NCBI RefSeq assembly: GCF_008831285.2
Contig: NC_045138.2
Coordinates: 17,670,001 to 17,734,000, forward strand
Reading direction: 5' to 3'
Length of the DNA stretch: 64,000 nucleotides
Source of the DNA: Nymphaea colorata
Taxonomy: Eukaryota
Shown: positions 25,696-40,000 of the stretch, in pieces
Layout of the letters: each line of letters opens with the position of its first letter
How positions within the stretch are numbered: position 1 is the stretch's first letter
Made by a program: the position numbers and the translations under genes
Notes under the pieces: model-generated
The model's input: only the letters and a program-made list of their open reading frames with translations
Told to the model about the DNA's origin: nothing
The model's database searches: none

Positions 25696-28600
25696 ATGTC
25701 GGGGAAAGGAGCGAAGGGCCTTTTGATGGGCAAGAATGCTGCTGCCAACAAGGATAAGGAGAAGAAGAAGCCGATTTCTCGCTCTTCCCGGGCTGGTTTG
25801 CAGGTATCCCCTATTTCTTTTCTCCAGCTGATTTCCTTTTTTGAGTTTTCCCAACGAATATGAGGTCGGAGGAATTGAATTTTCTATTGTGGGTTGGATG
25901 GCCTGCCATCTTGCTTGTTTGTGAGCCTGATGATTATCTGGTTTGCGGATTTTTTTCTTTTGTGGTCTGGAGGAGGTGATACCCTCTGGTTTTCCGGGGT
26001 TGCCTGCGTCAATGCTTTGTCGATTTTGTGCCGAAAGGATAGTGGAGATTCAGGATAATCTTTTGCGTGGTCCTTCTTTATATTTTCTTTCTCCCTTTCG
26101 TGAGCAATTCAGAGCCTCTCAGGCGTTCCACCTTCTAACTGGCTCTGCTCAAGCCACAACGTATGTCCAATGTCTTGTTCTTGGAGGACCAGAGGAAAAG
26201 GGTTTTCCCTTTTGTTTTGTCTGAGGATGAGAGAGAGGTACACATACGCTTTCCGAAAATTCAACGGAGGCACGAACAAATTTTCGGAAACTTTTAGTAG
26301 TGGGCTCCCCTTCCGTTTTCGCCTTGATAAGCCAGGATTTTCAGATGGTTCAGACCTTCTTCCTTCATTTTATTCTTCTTTCCCTTCACAATATATAGAA
26401 TTCGTGCTCTGTGGCAGCTTCTCAAGACAGTTTAGTTGTTTCGCTTGAGTTTTCCTTTAAATGGGACCTACATAAGTAATGATATCTCTCATTTTGCCAG
26501 CTTAGATTTGTTTTCAAGATTCATATTTTTCATAACTTTAGTTGATCCAATTTATAGAGAAAACATAGTATGAATCATAACTTATTCTGGACATTAGGAT
26601 AAATTTCTTGTATTGGTTTTCGTTCTTGGTAGAGTGTTGGCAACATCATTTGAGGCAGCAAACTCTACCGTCTTGGTTTCGTTGAATTCATAGCTCTTGA
26701 CGATTTTGACTTTCTTAGCTTGGATACAAGGTGAAACCTGCGTGAAGCATTCTTTATTACTGATTTTGCTTCACCTCTAAAATTGCTTTCTTAAAATCGA
26801 AGAGCGATTTCACTTAAATACAAGTTGTGCTTGCTCCTTTCATATCTTGGCGGGAATCGGTGTTTGCGTTCGTCATGTCTTGTCTCTTTCTGTAGTTTTT
26901 CTCTGTTTACGCCCATCAACCTTTTGAAGTGAAATCGAAAGATTCGATCAAGGTGATGGGCCTCTTACGATGACAGTAATAAAGATCCCTTTGATATCAT
27001 AATTACATCGTGAATGGTCGAGATTGTTGGAAAGTATTGGGAACAATTTCTGAGTTGAACATCATTAATTTGTAATGCATGATTGTATAATGAGTCAACG
27101 ATATATTGGTTGTGGCCCAACCCTATTAGATCATTCAAACTAAGCTAATCTAAATAAACTGAAGATGATGAATGATTATTGACACAAATAGGCTTACCAA
27201 ATATATTTCTTGGACAATAGTCTAAAAGTAAAGCCGCATCTAACCGAAATGCTATCTTCAACGTGATGCTTTCTTCATTCTGTCTTCTATTTTGAAGAAA
27301 AATTTCTTGTATTTGTATCTCCAGCCCTTGCGCTAGTTCTGATGTCGAGACACTTGCGCATGCCTACATCTTTTTAATTTATCTGACGACAAAACAATTT
27401 CTGTGATTTCTGTTCGTTCGTCTACCATAATCGATTATGTATATTTGAGTTCGTAGCGCGTAACAAATGAATCAACGTAGTCGGGTCAAGTCTACAACTG
27501 CAACTGAAAAAGTGGAGCTGCAATGAAGGCCGAGAGATAAGGGTGTGATAATGGAGCTAGAGAAGGACGCATGATTGTAAATTCCAAGTTTTGGGTGTAA
27601 AAAATTGAGGTGGCCGATTTCCTTGCCGGTATATGCAGAGAGCCGCCGGCAATTCAATTTAATTTTTGTGGTTTTGACAGCAAGAAAGCCGAATGTTTCC
27701 TAGGAGAAGAGTTGTTGTTTTTAAATGTCGTTAAGACCATTGTTACGAATAGGGTTCTCAGGTTTTTGTCCGCTAGGTTTACCTGGGATGTTTTTTCTAA
27801 GGAAAAAGTATTAGAAGTTTACTCAGTTGTCAAGCCGCGCAGGCAGCAGAAAACGTATTAGACGTTTACTTAGTTGTCAAGGCGCCAGGAACACCTTTCT
27901 GCCTAGGTGGGACGAGATACGGAACATTTTTAGTTTGTTCACATATTGGGAAATTGTGCTGTTCTGTTTTAGCTGATGCCTTAATTTGATACCCAAAAGG
28001 AAACACGTCATTCTTGTTTACATATTGGACAATGGTTGACTATTTCAGTTATACACTTTATAGACTATTTCACTTGAATCATTTCAAATAAAATTCATAT
28101 CAAATCAGTACATATAATAAACATTGCAAGTTAGAACAGATTGTACATATAACACCCATCGCCTAAGTGATGGACTTAATGGGGTATGGACTAGTCCACC
28201 CCTTAACAACTAAGGGAGTTTAAGATAAGTTAAAAATATATGAAGCACAAAAGAAAAGTTATGGACGTATGTTCTTTCCACCAATTTCTTGCCACAAGTA
28301 GACAAAGATTCTAAACAAATGTTATCAAAAGTGAATGCAAAAGATACTTTTGAATTACGTGTAAAAAAGAAAATTTCTGAAATAATGTAAAGTATTGTAA
28401 TACTGTCGTGATTATTTGGTGCTGTTTATCTTTTTATATATATATATATATTTTAAATTTGCAATAATTTCCTTTAAAAATGTTTTTATTTTTGTTTTGG
28501 TGATAAGATTGTCAATCTATCCAACATTGGCCACGTTTTAGATGAATGTGGGAATTCGTTAAAGTTCAGGAACAACTTCATATAGATTTTTATTCATCGA

Positions 28601-29578
28601 AGGAACTGGTTTTTCTTTTCCATCAGAACTGTTGACCATCCCTTGAAACAATGTTTTCCAGAGCAAGTAGAATCTCCACAATTTCCAGTTTGATGATAAT
28701 GGCTTCTAAGGAATATTATTTATGTCCGTCAAGCATCTGTAGTTAGTGTTTGGCTTTTTTGGCCTATGCGTATATTATTTTTTAGTTTTAGGTAACCCAT
28801 TTTATCATGCGGTATGTTCTCCTTTTCATCAGAAAAGTGGACAAGTATATTGTGGTTAGCTATTTCATCATGTTTGCAGTTTGACGTTGAGGGCATTTCC
28901 TTGGATTTACTTTTACTTTCACAATCAAATGATAGCGTTACATTCGTGAAAAATCTCTTGCAATTCTTGACTTGCGAATCCCCTTGCTTAACCTGGAGTT
29001 TAGCGCATTTGGACTTTCGTAAAATTGTGATGGCTTTGGATGTATGTGCTTTGCCCTTCGTCTAATTAGAACTCCAATGTGCCTTGTATTGGATGGTAAA
29101 TTTTACAAGCCTTCGCTTCAATTTATTCGCGCAAGGACTTGAAACACCAAAATCTTTGCGCAATTCAAAATCGCAAACTCTATGAATTCCCATATAATTT
29201 TGGTTGATCGTGGTTTAGGATTTTCATGCACCACGCAGAATGAAGTCCCAACTTCCGATTGATTTTCGCCTTTGTTTGCAGTTTCCTGTGGGTCGAATTC
29301 ATCGGCTTCTAAAGTCAAGAATTGCGGCCAATGGAAGGGTTGGTGCTACAGCTGCCGTTTATTCAGCAGCCATCTTGGAGTATCTGACTGCGGAGGTGCT
29401 TGAGTTGGCTGGAAACGCTAGCAAAGATCTGAAAGTGAAGCGTATAACTCCTCGTCACCTTCAGCTTGCAATTAGAGGAGATGAAGAGCTGGATACGTTG
29501 ATTAAGGGCACCATAGCAGGAGGTGGCGTCATCCCTCACATTCACAAGTCACTCATCAACAAATCTTCTAAAGATTAA
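25696..29578 (+). CDS. H2A.Z: Histone H2A variant H2A.Z (HTA9-like), 134 aa
   Basis: join(25696..25803,29282..29578) = 405 nt. MSGKGAKGL...[90 protein letters not shown] is the H2A.Z signature. Confidence 0.97.
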
Positions 29579-32500
29579 GTTTTCTAACTGATCCTTGGTT
29601 CAATCGAAGAAGCCTAATTGTTTCTGTTCTTTGTTTTACTTCGTGGAAACCTTCCCAGACATACGTTCATTCTGATTCTTGTCTTCGTTACTTGAGCCAC
29701 ACATGGCACTCTGTTGTATCATTAGTGTTACAGTCTGACTAGTTAGGTTCTGCAGGTGGAGCTCATCTGCTGGCTTTCTCCGGCTCGTTATGTTCATCTT
29801 TTTTAGCGACATATATGCATGCACGCATGACATTGAATTTAAGATATTGGTCTTGTGATTGTAGGATCCAAAGAAGTTTGATGTACAACCTTCCGTCTAA
29901 TCTTCAGAGTTCTCTACTTCCTTACCTTTGGTTTTTCCTTGGGACCGCTATAAATTTGGTACTCCTGGATGCAAGCCTAAGCTTATGCTCCCTCTTTTTC
30001 CTTCCCTTCGTGCGGTTGTGCAAGTCTTTAACTTACTGAACTTTTACTTGTCCACCCAAATAGTATGCTTGCGTCTAAAATTCTTCTCTGCCTGTTGTGG
30101 GGTAGACTCTTGCTCTTCTTGTTCATGGTGAACCGTCCTGGAGGCTAAAAGGGTCCTTCACATCAGTGTCTACGAAAATGAGCTGTTTTAGCAGATATTT
30201 CATCTTGAAAAATCGCCCGTGTGTACGATTGAACCGTTGATAATATTTACTGACATCTTTGTTTATGATTTAAATGTAAACTATACGGACAACAACCGAG
30301 TCACCTTATATGGAACCTGGTGAAAAAAGAACATTCATCAACAAAACTGCACTTTCAAAGTACCTGGGTCATCTCCTCACTTCAATATCTGAGACGATCT
30401 GGGGGCATGCCTTACTAATGGTCTGTTCCATGCCTTGGTACTGGAGGGGTTCTAACTTGTGGAGTTCCCTGGTCGCCGCTATGCACTTGGGGTGTTGCTG
30501 TTTTTGTTATCATTTCTTTATAGCCTCTTCATACTTTTCATTCAGCGTTTCCTACAAATCCCTCTATCTTTCAGGGAATCTTTTATATCTGGAAGTGGTT
30601 GTGTGTTAGAAGACAGTCTAGACTGAGGAAACAAAAACTGATCCAGACTTGATTTCATGGGTCCCCTTGCTAAATGCTGGGTTCAAACAATTAGGGTTAG
30701 GTTTTATTGGGCTCACCAGACCTTGTCCTAAAATGTGACTAGGTTTGATTTGCAGGGTAAGGCCTAATCAAGGCTTGGGCCCACGGCGCACGCCCCTAGG
30801 GTTAGGGTTTAATGAGTTCACTGAGCCTCGCTCGTATCTTGGCAATTTATTGCCACAATGGTGCATGCCGGTGATGTGCAAGCTAGATCTTCATGAACCT
30901 CTCATTCTTCATGTGAAGTCTTAATTCTTATGATGATTCCATCGAACATGTTTCACATGATGATGCCATAAAGTCCCAAAGAATGCCAGCCTAAACCAAC
31001 TCGAAATGCTCCTCATGTGCCCGTCAAGCTTGGACATGCATGACCTACAATGCATCAGCATGCTAAGTACAAGGGAGAGTTTCATATAAGGATCCCAGTT
31101 TCCCTCGGCTTTCAAAGAAGACGGCCTTTGCTCTTCCTGCTAGATGCAAATCTACCAAGCAGCCACCCATTTCAGTTTACAGTTTCCAAAGAAAAACCGT
31201 ACCTTCTGCCTCTTGCAATGTTCGAAAATTTAATATCTGTTCTTAGGAGGACAAGTGTGATAGCTGAAATATTCTGAACTAAAGAAAAATGTACTCATAA
31301 AGAATCTTCATATATATATATATATATATATATATTTGTGGAGAGACAGAGAATCCTTTCAATTTTTTGATATTCTTAGCCGGACATCTTTATATTTTTG
31401 CTCATGAAGGCTCAGATCTGATCGTGGGTATCTCTCTAGAAAGTTGGTATGGCAATTATAGTTAAAAAAAAAGCCTAAATGAAAAAAACCCTTTTATAAA
31501 ATGATACACAATAATTTTTGAAGCTATCTATCTCTTTCCTTATTAAATGTTCAAAGATACACATCGGTAAAAAAAATGAACATAGTTATTCTAGGGCGAT
31601 ATTCTATAGAAGTCATACGGGGATGTCTCATAAAGTTGTCCATGAAGCATGCCCTGGCCCTCCTAGTGAATGCATCCAATTGATTCGACTAACAACAGTT
31701 CGGGTCACAGCTCACGCCCTAACCAACCGACCTACCGAGCCCAATCACTGGGCCCAGCTATGGAAGCGGTCAGGTTGTACTGGGTTCGGCGCCATTGCCT
31801 CATTATACCCACGTTCTTGTGATGGATTGCTGCCTCGTGTGGTGACAGAAGGGCCTCACTGGCACCAGCTTAGAATTGCAAGAACAGCCTCTTCAATTGA
31901 TTGTTTGAATGCTGCCATCGACAACCCACACCAGAACAATGACAGCTCGATGAGTTTTGCGAAGGAGGAAGGAACAATTTGTACACTTCATGAACAGCTC
32001 TGCTCTTTATTCCGTTGTACACTATGAAGTATGAAGTAGTTGTTTCTTTTCTTCTTTTGGGGAATAAACAACTGGGTCCTTTCTTCTTCTTCTTCTTCTT
32101 CTTCTTCAGGTGGGAGCCTTGTTTTGTTCGCCGGTTAGGTGGATTCACTAAATGCTTTCAAGTTAAAAGAGGAGTGCATTTCATTACTTGGAGTAAGAGT
32201 AAGTGAGGACATAGGGGCTTGATCTAAAGATCTTGAAGTTGCTGATTGCCTTCACTTTAAGCCGAAGTAATCGATTTTCCCGGTGGTGAAGCAAGGAGTT
32301 CATGAGGTTTTTTCTGGCGTCCCCAACATGAGATACTATCCTCTTGAAGCTAGTGTATATATATATATATATATATATATAGGTAAAAATATTTTCTGAT
32401 CAATCTTCTTACTTGTACAAGCTGGTGAAGACTGATCATCTTGGCCATCTGGGTGCAATATAGGCCATTTGACATTATGAACGGTATGAATATCACATGA

Positions 32501-33692
32501 ATCTGTTTGGAAATTGAAGTAGATTCATGAAACACTTATAAATGCTTAACGACTGAACAAGTCACCTTGTAATTTGGTGCCTTTGTACAAGCGACCGTGT
32601 CCTGCATGACGGTGTCTCACAATGCAGAGCTTCATGGCGCTGCGAACAAATTGGATCTAAGTACACAATTGGATCTCTCGATTCGGTAACGAGGTCACAC
32701 CCTGTCACATCAGGTACTGGTCATGGTTGGGCAGTACCGAGTAATCTACCTCCCCCAGAAGAAGGATGCTAGAGGAACACTGTTGATCTTTCGTTGGTAT
32801 TGAGGACCGAGGTTGAGATTCGGACGGGCCCAATCCATGAAGTCCGGTGAATCTGGAAGAAGATCCAAATCTTTCACCTTGACAGAGATCTGTAATTTTT
32901 CTTTCGTACTGCTGCTCATCCAACAACAACCAATTCCTGCTGCATTGTACGCCCAGACAATTTCACAAAATATTTTTGCCATATGATTGTACCCCGTTTG
33001 CGTCTCTCCCTGCTGTACCATTTGGTGGGTCGTCTGGATCCAGGCCCCACTTGGGCAGCCCAAAAATATGGGAATTTGTGTTCCCCAATCCCCATTCCAG
33101 ATTCCTTTTTCACCACAACATAATCTTACGCTATCCCCAGATGGTGCAAGACTGCAAGTACTTTGGATTTCAAACCGGGTCCAGAAGTTGCCGTGTTTGG
33201 CTAGGCATTATCCAAATCCAAGACGGATCCAATAATGAGAACCATTTCATTGATTAATTAAAAACAAAAGCCTTTATTTTCTTGAAACGTGTTAGTTTGG
33301 ATTTGGATATGGACCCATAAAAGCAGATTTGGATCTCACTTCAGTTTCGAACACACAAGGTAAAAAGCACACTGCCGATTCATTTCCCTCCTTCAAAGCA
33401 TCGCCGATTAGTTAATAGTATCTCTCGGCGAACAGTCGTTGCGTAACTACAGCCTATTAAAAAGCATGAAGAAGGAAAAACAAATGCACACTTTCTTTGT
33501 ACATACAAAAACAACAACAAAATCGCCTTAGCCCCATTAACCAGAGCCGAGCCGCAGAACCTAGGCGGGTTGAGCCGAACCAAGTGGGTCATCCGCACTT
33601 CGATCTATCGGTGGGCTCGAGACCCGATCAGGTTTGAGCTGCGCTTCTTCGAACTCACCTTGGGTCCGGCGACGTCTTCCTTACGATCATCA

Positions 33693-36600
33693 TCAGAAAA
33701 CGAGCTGCCTTCGAATTGGTTTAGGCTGACCGCCGATGAGGAAGGCGAGCTCGCGGATGGTGTCGGCCACGAGATCCTTGAATATCAGCCGTTCGATGTC
33801 CAGCACCGAGTCCCCCATCTCCGCCGCGCACTCCTCCCACACCTCGCCGGCCGCCACGCTGGACATGTCCTTGCGGATCACTCCGCTGACCACCTCGAAC
33901 ACGTCCTCCGCCGCAACGGCCCGCCGGATGCTGCTGAACTCCGCCCATATCTGCCGGAGCAGGCGCCTGTCAGCGACGAACGCCTCCGCCGCCTTCGCCG
34001 GCGTCTGCTGCCGCCTCCTCTGTAGGAGCTCCATCACCGTGTCGAAGACCAGCCTCCGGTGAGCTCGCAGGCTGTCCGAGTCGCCCGGCTTCCGTCGAGA
34101 CTCGAGGAGCGAGAACACCGCGCAGGGCGCGCCGGAGCTCTTGCCGATTGCCTGGGTGTTCTGGAGGAGGTTGGAGGCGAGTACGACGTCCGAAACGTAT
34201 CGGAAATCGTCCAAGTCGGCCTCGTCGATCCCGTCCTCGTCGTAGCTGGAAGAGGCGAGCGATTCCTTCGATCGCAATTCCAATCCTTCATCGCTCATGG
34301 AGAGTCGACCCTCTGCGATCCAAACCGGAAAAATCGTCAGTGGAATCGTCGGAAAACGAGATTTCGAGCTGGAAAAAGGAGAAAACGATTAGGTTTTCTG
34401 TCTTCGTTAATCTTACCTCTGAAGACGATGGAGCGCTTCATGACGGGAGAGGGAGAACAGTCCTCGTGGAAAGAGGCGTCGAGGACGGAGACGGGGCTCC
34501 GCTGCTCCGTCGCTTCGGCGATGCTCTGGAGGAGCTTGTCGCATCGGTCGAGAAGGATCCTTCCCTCGCTGTACTCATCTTTCCTCAGAGGCGTCGGTCT
34601 CGCGGCCTGAAATTTTCCAGAAACAGTTAAACTTCCGTAGGAAGAACAGAAAAACGAAATTCTTTTTTTCCTTCATTCCTTTTCTCTTCTCTAATCACCA
34701 AAACGGGGGAACTTGGACTTGGCTTTTGCGGAAATCAGAATTTTAGAAGTTCCCGCGCCCTTTCAGAACTCAGAATTCAAATTTTCGTTTAATAAGAGAC
34801 TCTCTCTAATTCATTGAAAGAAGCCTCATCGATTTGCTTCAGAATATCTGAAATTAAGGCTTTGATTGTCCCGATTCAGCGTTTAAATGCGTTTGACAGG
34901 AAGCGATCCCGAAACCTTCAGTTTTCCAAAAACGCAAAAATTGTTTGGACTTCAGAAGTTTTAAACAAGTGATGAATGCTTCACTTTGAAGAAATCCCTT
35001 TCTTCGATGCCCTCGAAGTTCAAATTCCAGATCCGGTTTTCGTGCAAGGGGCGGAAGAGACGAAGAAATCCGAAATTTGTATTTCTGGAAATCACGTTTT
35101 TAAGAAATTCCGATAGGTTGAAGAAAATTCCGGAAAAAATGCAATCTGAAATTCTTAGCAATAACGTCATGTTAATTCTACGGATACCAGACTTCTCTTT
35201 TTCTTTTTTTCCTTTTTTCAGAGAACTCGATATCCAGATTTTTACGAGTCCGTGTGAAGGTTGGGAGATATTTACCTCAGAGTCTATGACGGAAGACGTA
35301 CTCCTGCTGCTCTCAGAGATGGTTGACGACTCGTCTTCCTTGGCTGGAATTTCCGCCGTAAAGCATTCCCTATCAATCCGCTTCCTATTTCTGGGCGACC
35401 TGGCGGTGCAAGACTCGCTCATCAACCGCCTTCCGGCAGAGGGCGGCCTGGGCGGGGACGGCATTTGCCTCGGAGAGTTCTTCTCGGGGTCCCTCCCACG
35501 GCCAGGGCTCTTCGGCAGGACTGCCGGTGGAGTGCGAACCTTGCGGAGGGCCCGGTCATTTGCGGGTGACGGAGTAGGACTGCTCCTTCTCGGTTTCGCC
35601 GGCGGCAGGACCTCCATTGCCGGCTGTCTCCTCACCTGCTGTGGCATCCTTCCGGTCGACCGGTTGAGTCTCGCCGTGCTCTCCAATCCGCGGTTCCGGT
35701 TGGCCGGAGGGGGCGGTGAAGGAGACGAAGGGCGGACATAGTTCAGTGGCTTCATGACGACGATGGGTGAGTCCGGGGCGGACGGTTTCCGATGCTCAAA
35801 GACGAAATTACGACCTCCTCGGCCCTGGTCGACCTCGGATTTGGCCGAGTGGAGGAGACCCTTGAGTTGCAGGGCCTCCAGGATCTGCTTCAATGTCTCG
35901 AGGTCCTTCCCAGGCTCGTCGATGCCTCTCATTTTAAGCCTCCTCTCGATCTCGCCATAGAGGTTACCGGCGCGCCGCCCGTCCGGGAAGATCTCCGCCG
36001 ATTCGAAGCCTTTGCTCAGCTGGAACCGCCACGGCTCCTTCGCCGAAGCGACGGAGCTCTTCCGGCCGATGACCTCCGTTCGCTGCTCCACGTTGCTCTG
36101 CCGTCTCTGTTGCTCGTCCGCCTCGGCTCTCCATGCGAAGGGGAGTAGCTCCCGGGATGCTCGTGACTCGGAGGCCGACCGGCGAAGCTCCGCCCGGTTG
36201 TAGGCATCCGGACCGCTAGACAGAGGAGATGAGTCCGGAAGCGCATCAAGGCCCATCAGCCGCGCGACGACGCTCGGCGACCGCCTTTGCCTCTCTCCGT
36301 CCTCGGACTCATCGGCGGAGCATTCAGGCCTAACTATGCTCGTTCTGATCTCCCGCGGGAACAGTCCGCCGGATGGCCTCAGGGCCATGGCTCGGCTATC
36401 GAGCGAAAGCCGCGGCCCTTCCCTTAGCCGCCAGGACGACCTGAACCCGTCCTTGGCATCGATCAGCTTGGGGTTCTCCGTCTTCTTCGCCACTGCAGCC
36501 GGCTTCTCGGGCGTCTTTTCCTGCTTCTCCGGCGACTTGGCGTTCGATTCACGGAAAACCGATCCTCGGACCACATCCTTTATACCAAGTGGAACTTTCT

Positions 36601-37036
36601 GCTGCTCGCGGCACACCATGACTGGCGCTCGAGCGTTCTCCGGCGTGAAAGCCGGCGACTGGTTGCCCGGAGTCGCTACCGTCTTCACTCCCTGCATTTC
36701 GTTCAACATTAAAAAGGACCCAACAGGACGAAACCAATCAGGACATTACATGTGGAAAGAGAGAGAAATAGAGACAGAGAGTCAGAGAAGGAGAGAGAGA
36801 GCCACCTGAGGGGAAGCAGAAGAGACGACAGGCGAAGCAGCAGGATGGACGTCTCCGTCCGGCGACTGGACCACGGACGGCAGGCGCTTGGGGGAACCGA
36901 CGCGCTTCCCGGCCAGGAATTGGTTGCGGTCGAAGATCTGCAGGAACCCAGCCATACAACCCATCTGCCTCTCCAACCGCCTCTCCGCATTCGCATCGTC
37001 CGACAGACGGACCACCCCTGGCGCCATCCCCTTCAT
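33693..37036 (-). CDS. LONGIFOLIA / TONNEAU1-recruiting-motif (TRM) family protein, ~818 aa
   Basis: complement(join(33693..34312,34417..34606,35276..36691,36806..37036)) = 2457 nt, GT-AG introns, phases consistent. Motifs: ERQMGCMAGFLQIFD, PRLSLDS, SVVARLMGLD (VARLMGL), KDLETLKQILEALQLKGLLH, SPIVVMKP, SPVSVLD, C-terminal DUF4378-like LDIERLIFKDLV. Start could be the ATG at 37036 or 37027. Confidence 0.93.
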
Positions 37037-40000
37037 CCCCACCTTACCCTTCTTTTTCCCGGCTGGTCCTCCGGCGATCTCTCAGGCGCTGCCCATCCGC
37101 GACAAGCCAGCTATTATTCCAGACGGAGAGAGAGAGAGAGGAACAGGGTGAGTGATCCTGTGTGTGCTTCTCCTCGCTGCGGGCTTTATTTTATAACTGT
37201 CTCTCTCAAGGTTGTGCTGAGTTGGGGCACTGGGATTGGCTTCCTCGTAGAGTTTTTTAAGGCCGTGATAGGAGTTCAAAAAGGTAGGGATCCTTCCCCC
37301 TTTTTTTAATTTTATAATCTTCTTTTACCATTATACATATATAAATCTTGTAGTTCGAGGGCTGCGATTTGACTAAGGAGCATGTCATGTGGATCACCCT
37401 CACGGTAAAACCCGCCTTCGGGATCAACTTACCGTTGGGTCTTCGTTTACGCACAATCGCACCTTAGAATTACGGTTCCACCCCTCCATTTTAGACAAGT
37501 TTTGGAAGCTGGCTCACATTTTCCATGGAGCCTCAGAAATAAGACGAGGTCCGTTTATTTCGTTGTTTATTTTGCTTTTTGTATATATATGCATGTGATT
37601 TATTGTGGCATTCTTTGGATGATAAGGGTCTTATGTTAATGTTGGGATGAGAAAAATTGTCTTGTTTTGTTTTATGTGCTCCAGCAGTGTAAGTGTTTTT
37701 AACTTCATTTTCTCATACAGAAATTACACCTAACGTTGATCCAGTAGACGGGCTTCAAGGGAAAGAGAGTTTTTGGCAACCATGACAAAGACAACAGGGT
37801 TTTGCTTGGTTCCCCGCCAAATCAAAGAGAAAAGCTCCGGCAGTGAACCAAGATGGATTATGATAAGTTTCAGAAGTTATTTGAAGCATTATAGGACGTT
37901 TCCCAACCTTTTGAAACAAGGTGGTAACTGTTTTCTCAGTCGGTTTAGAGATTTGCCTTTTTCTAGCATTGAAGATTCAAAAAGCCATGGATTTTTAAAT
38001 TTTTTGCCGTATTAAAACGATTTAATGTTCTTCACAATCTTGAGCTGGTAGATAGATAGGCCATCATTCCACATGCACGTTGGAAGTTAGGAGCATTTGA
38101 TTACCCGATCTTTAATTTGAGGATCTGATCGGAAGCAGAGGCTTCTATTAATTCCTGATGCTAGCAATCTGTAGATATCGTAACTACGTATTTAAGATCC
38201 TTAACGACCCCTGCATTTATCAATCTCAAGTCAGAAGAGATAGGGAATATGATTTCTTCCATGAATTTCAAGATTTCGTGTGATTCATGCATTTTTATCT
38301 CATATTCAAAATCTTCAAGTCTGAAGATTCTAAATCCCTGATCCTTGACAAGGTCTTAAATCTATTCGAATCGGGTAAACTTGGTTTTCTCAATTGACAA
38401 ACCTTTTGTTGTATACTGCAGGTCATTGATTTGTTTGAAGGATGAGAAGGGAGTTGCTATTATGCATTTGGACCCATGCAGCATCGACAATGATGCCCTT
38501 CCAAATGAACACATTATACATGAATCCATAAGGTCTCCATCCTCAGCATGGGCCACTCTCCCATACAAACCAAGCTGATGGGACATCACGAGTCCAAGCC
38601 AATTGACGTCTACTGCCTCCATCCATGGCTGAGCTCCGGACAGGGATGGCATGAGGCTCCACTCGGGGTTACAAGCCCTTTTGGATAAGGATATAGCTAT
38701 TATACATAGAATGTCAGGTCGTATATACATAGTATCTTTAAACAATATTAATCTTCTATTATAAATCACTTCATATCATATTTATCTCGTTTGATGAAGA
38801 TATAAACTGGGATGGGTATTAAATAATTTGGGAGGGACTTTCATGGGGAATAGTAAGTTGTCGTTGTTGGTGGTGGTGGTGGTGTGGGTGGGAGGAGCGC
38901 ATTTAAACGGTTCACGGGAGCAAATGGTACATGGGCTTTAACTCCTCTGGTACCGGTACCCGTGAGCTCAAGAAAATGCATTCTTTTTTTTTTTTTTTTT
39001 TGGATCTGGATATGGAAGATCCAGTTTAGGATGTTCGGTGGCCCGAACTTAGTTGCTGCTTTGTGGCTTGAGCTCAGGTCGGTCGACCAGGGACTCGGTG
39101 AGTCCAGTGGTCTGGCTGTTTTCGCCTCGCTCTGTTTTCCAAATAGCAATTTGGATCATGAACCGGGTCTGGATCTAAATCCAGTTGCTCTTGTTTGGTT
39201 TTTTTTTTTGGCTTCTTTGTCTACTCGTGCTAATCTAACAAAAGTCGCTTTCTCGCTTTCGCTTCCAGGTAGTGCTGTTAGAATATTTTAGATTCTTTGT
39301 TTTAACTTTTAAAAACGACCGCAATGAGTTTGGATCTGGTTTTATTGAAAATCTGGTTGTTGGGTTTGAAATGCTGTAGGTGGACAAGATGGAGCAATAA
39401 TCGCTTTACCAATTATTTGATGGATTATCTGGTAAAGCCAGATCTAACCCGGTTAATGTGCGAGCTAGTTCGAGTTCTTTACGACTTAACCCACAGGGTC
39501 AGGGTCAGGGTCAGCCAGCTTGAGTTTGCGGCGAGGCTTCGCTTATGTAACACACTGACGGATCGCTTGGAAACAAATCATGCATCCACTTCAAAAATTG
39601 GGACAAATTCATGAAACACTATATTTCATGAATGTGTCTCATTCTTTGGGATAGATTCAAGAAACAATTTGTTAATGTTCTCATTGCTAAATGGCTCCTA
39701 ATTGTTTTATCTAAACTTCAGTTGGCAGCCGGGTTCGTAATGGGGAGCATTCTACAAAGCAAAATTCCATTCATTAGTTTATGTTAAGAGGACATCTGAG
39801 AAGAACATTATGTTCTTAGAATATATAATCTAAACAACTTTTTTTTTTGTTTTAGGAAGCATGATACGATTATAAATATTATTTTTTATGTCAAGCAACC
39901 AATCCCCAATATGGTTACACCATATTTCATGAAACATGTTGATCTATAAAAGTAAATGTTACAAAGAAACAATGTTATTCTTACTAAAATATCTCTAATA

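Noticed and set aside
30690..30812. TTAGGGTT motifs as interstitial telomere or telomerase RNA template
   Set aside because: Isolated teloboxes, not tandem arrays, and no USE/TATA Pol III promoter context.
33570..37309. Many long + strand ORFs opposite the TRM gene
   Set aside because: Shadow ORFs of a GC-rich CDS with no recognisable domains.
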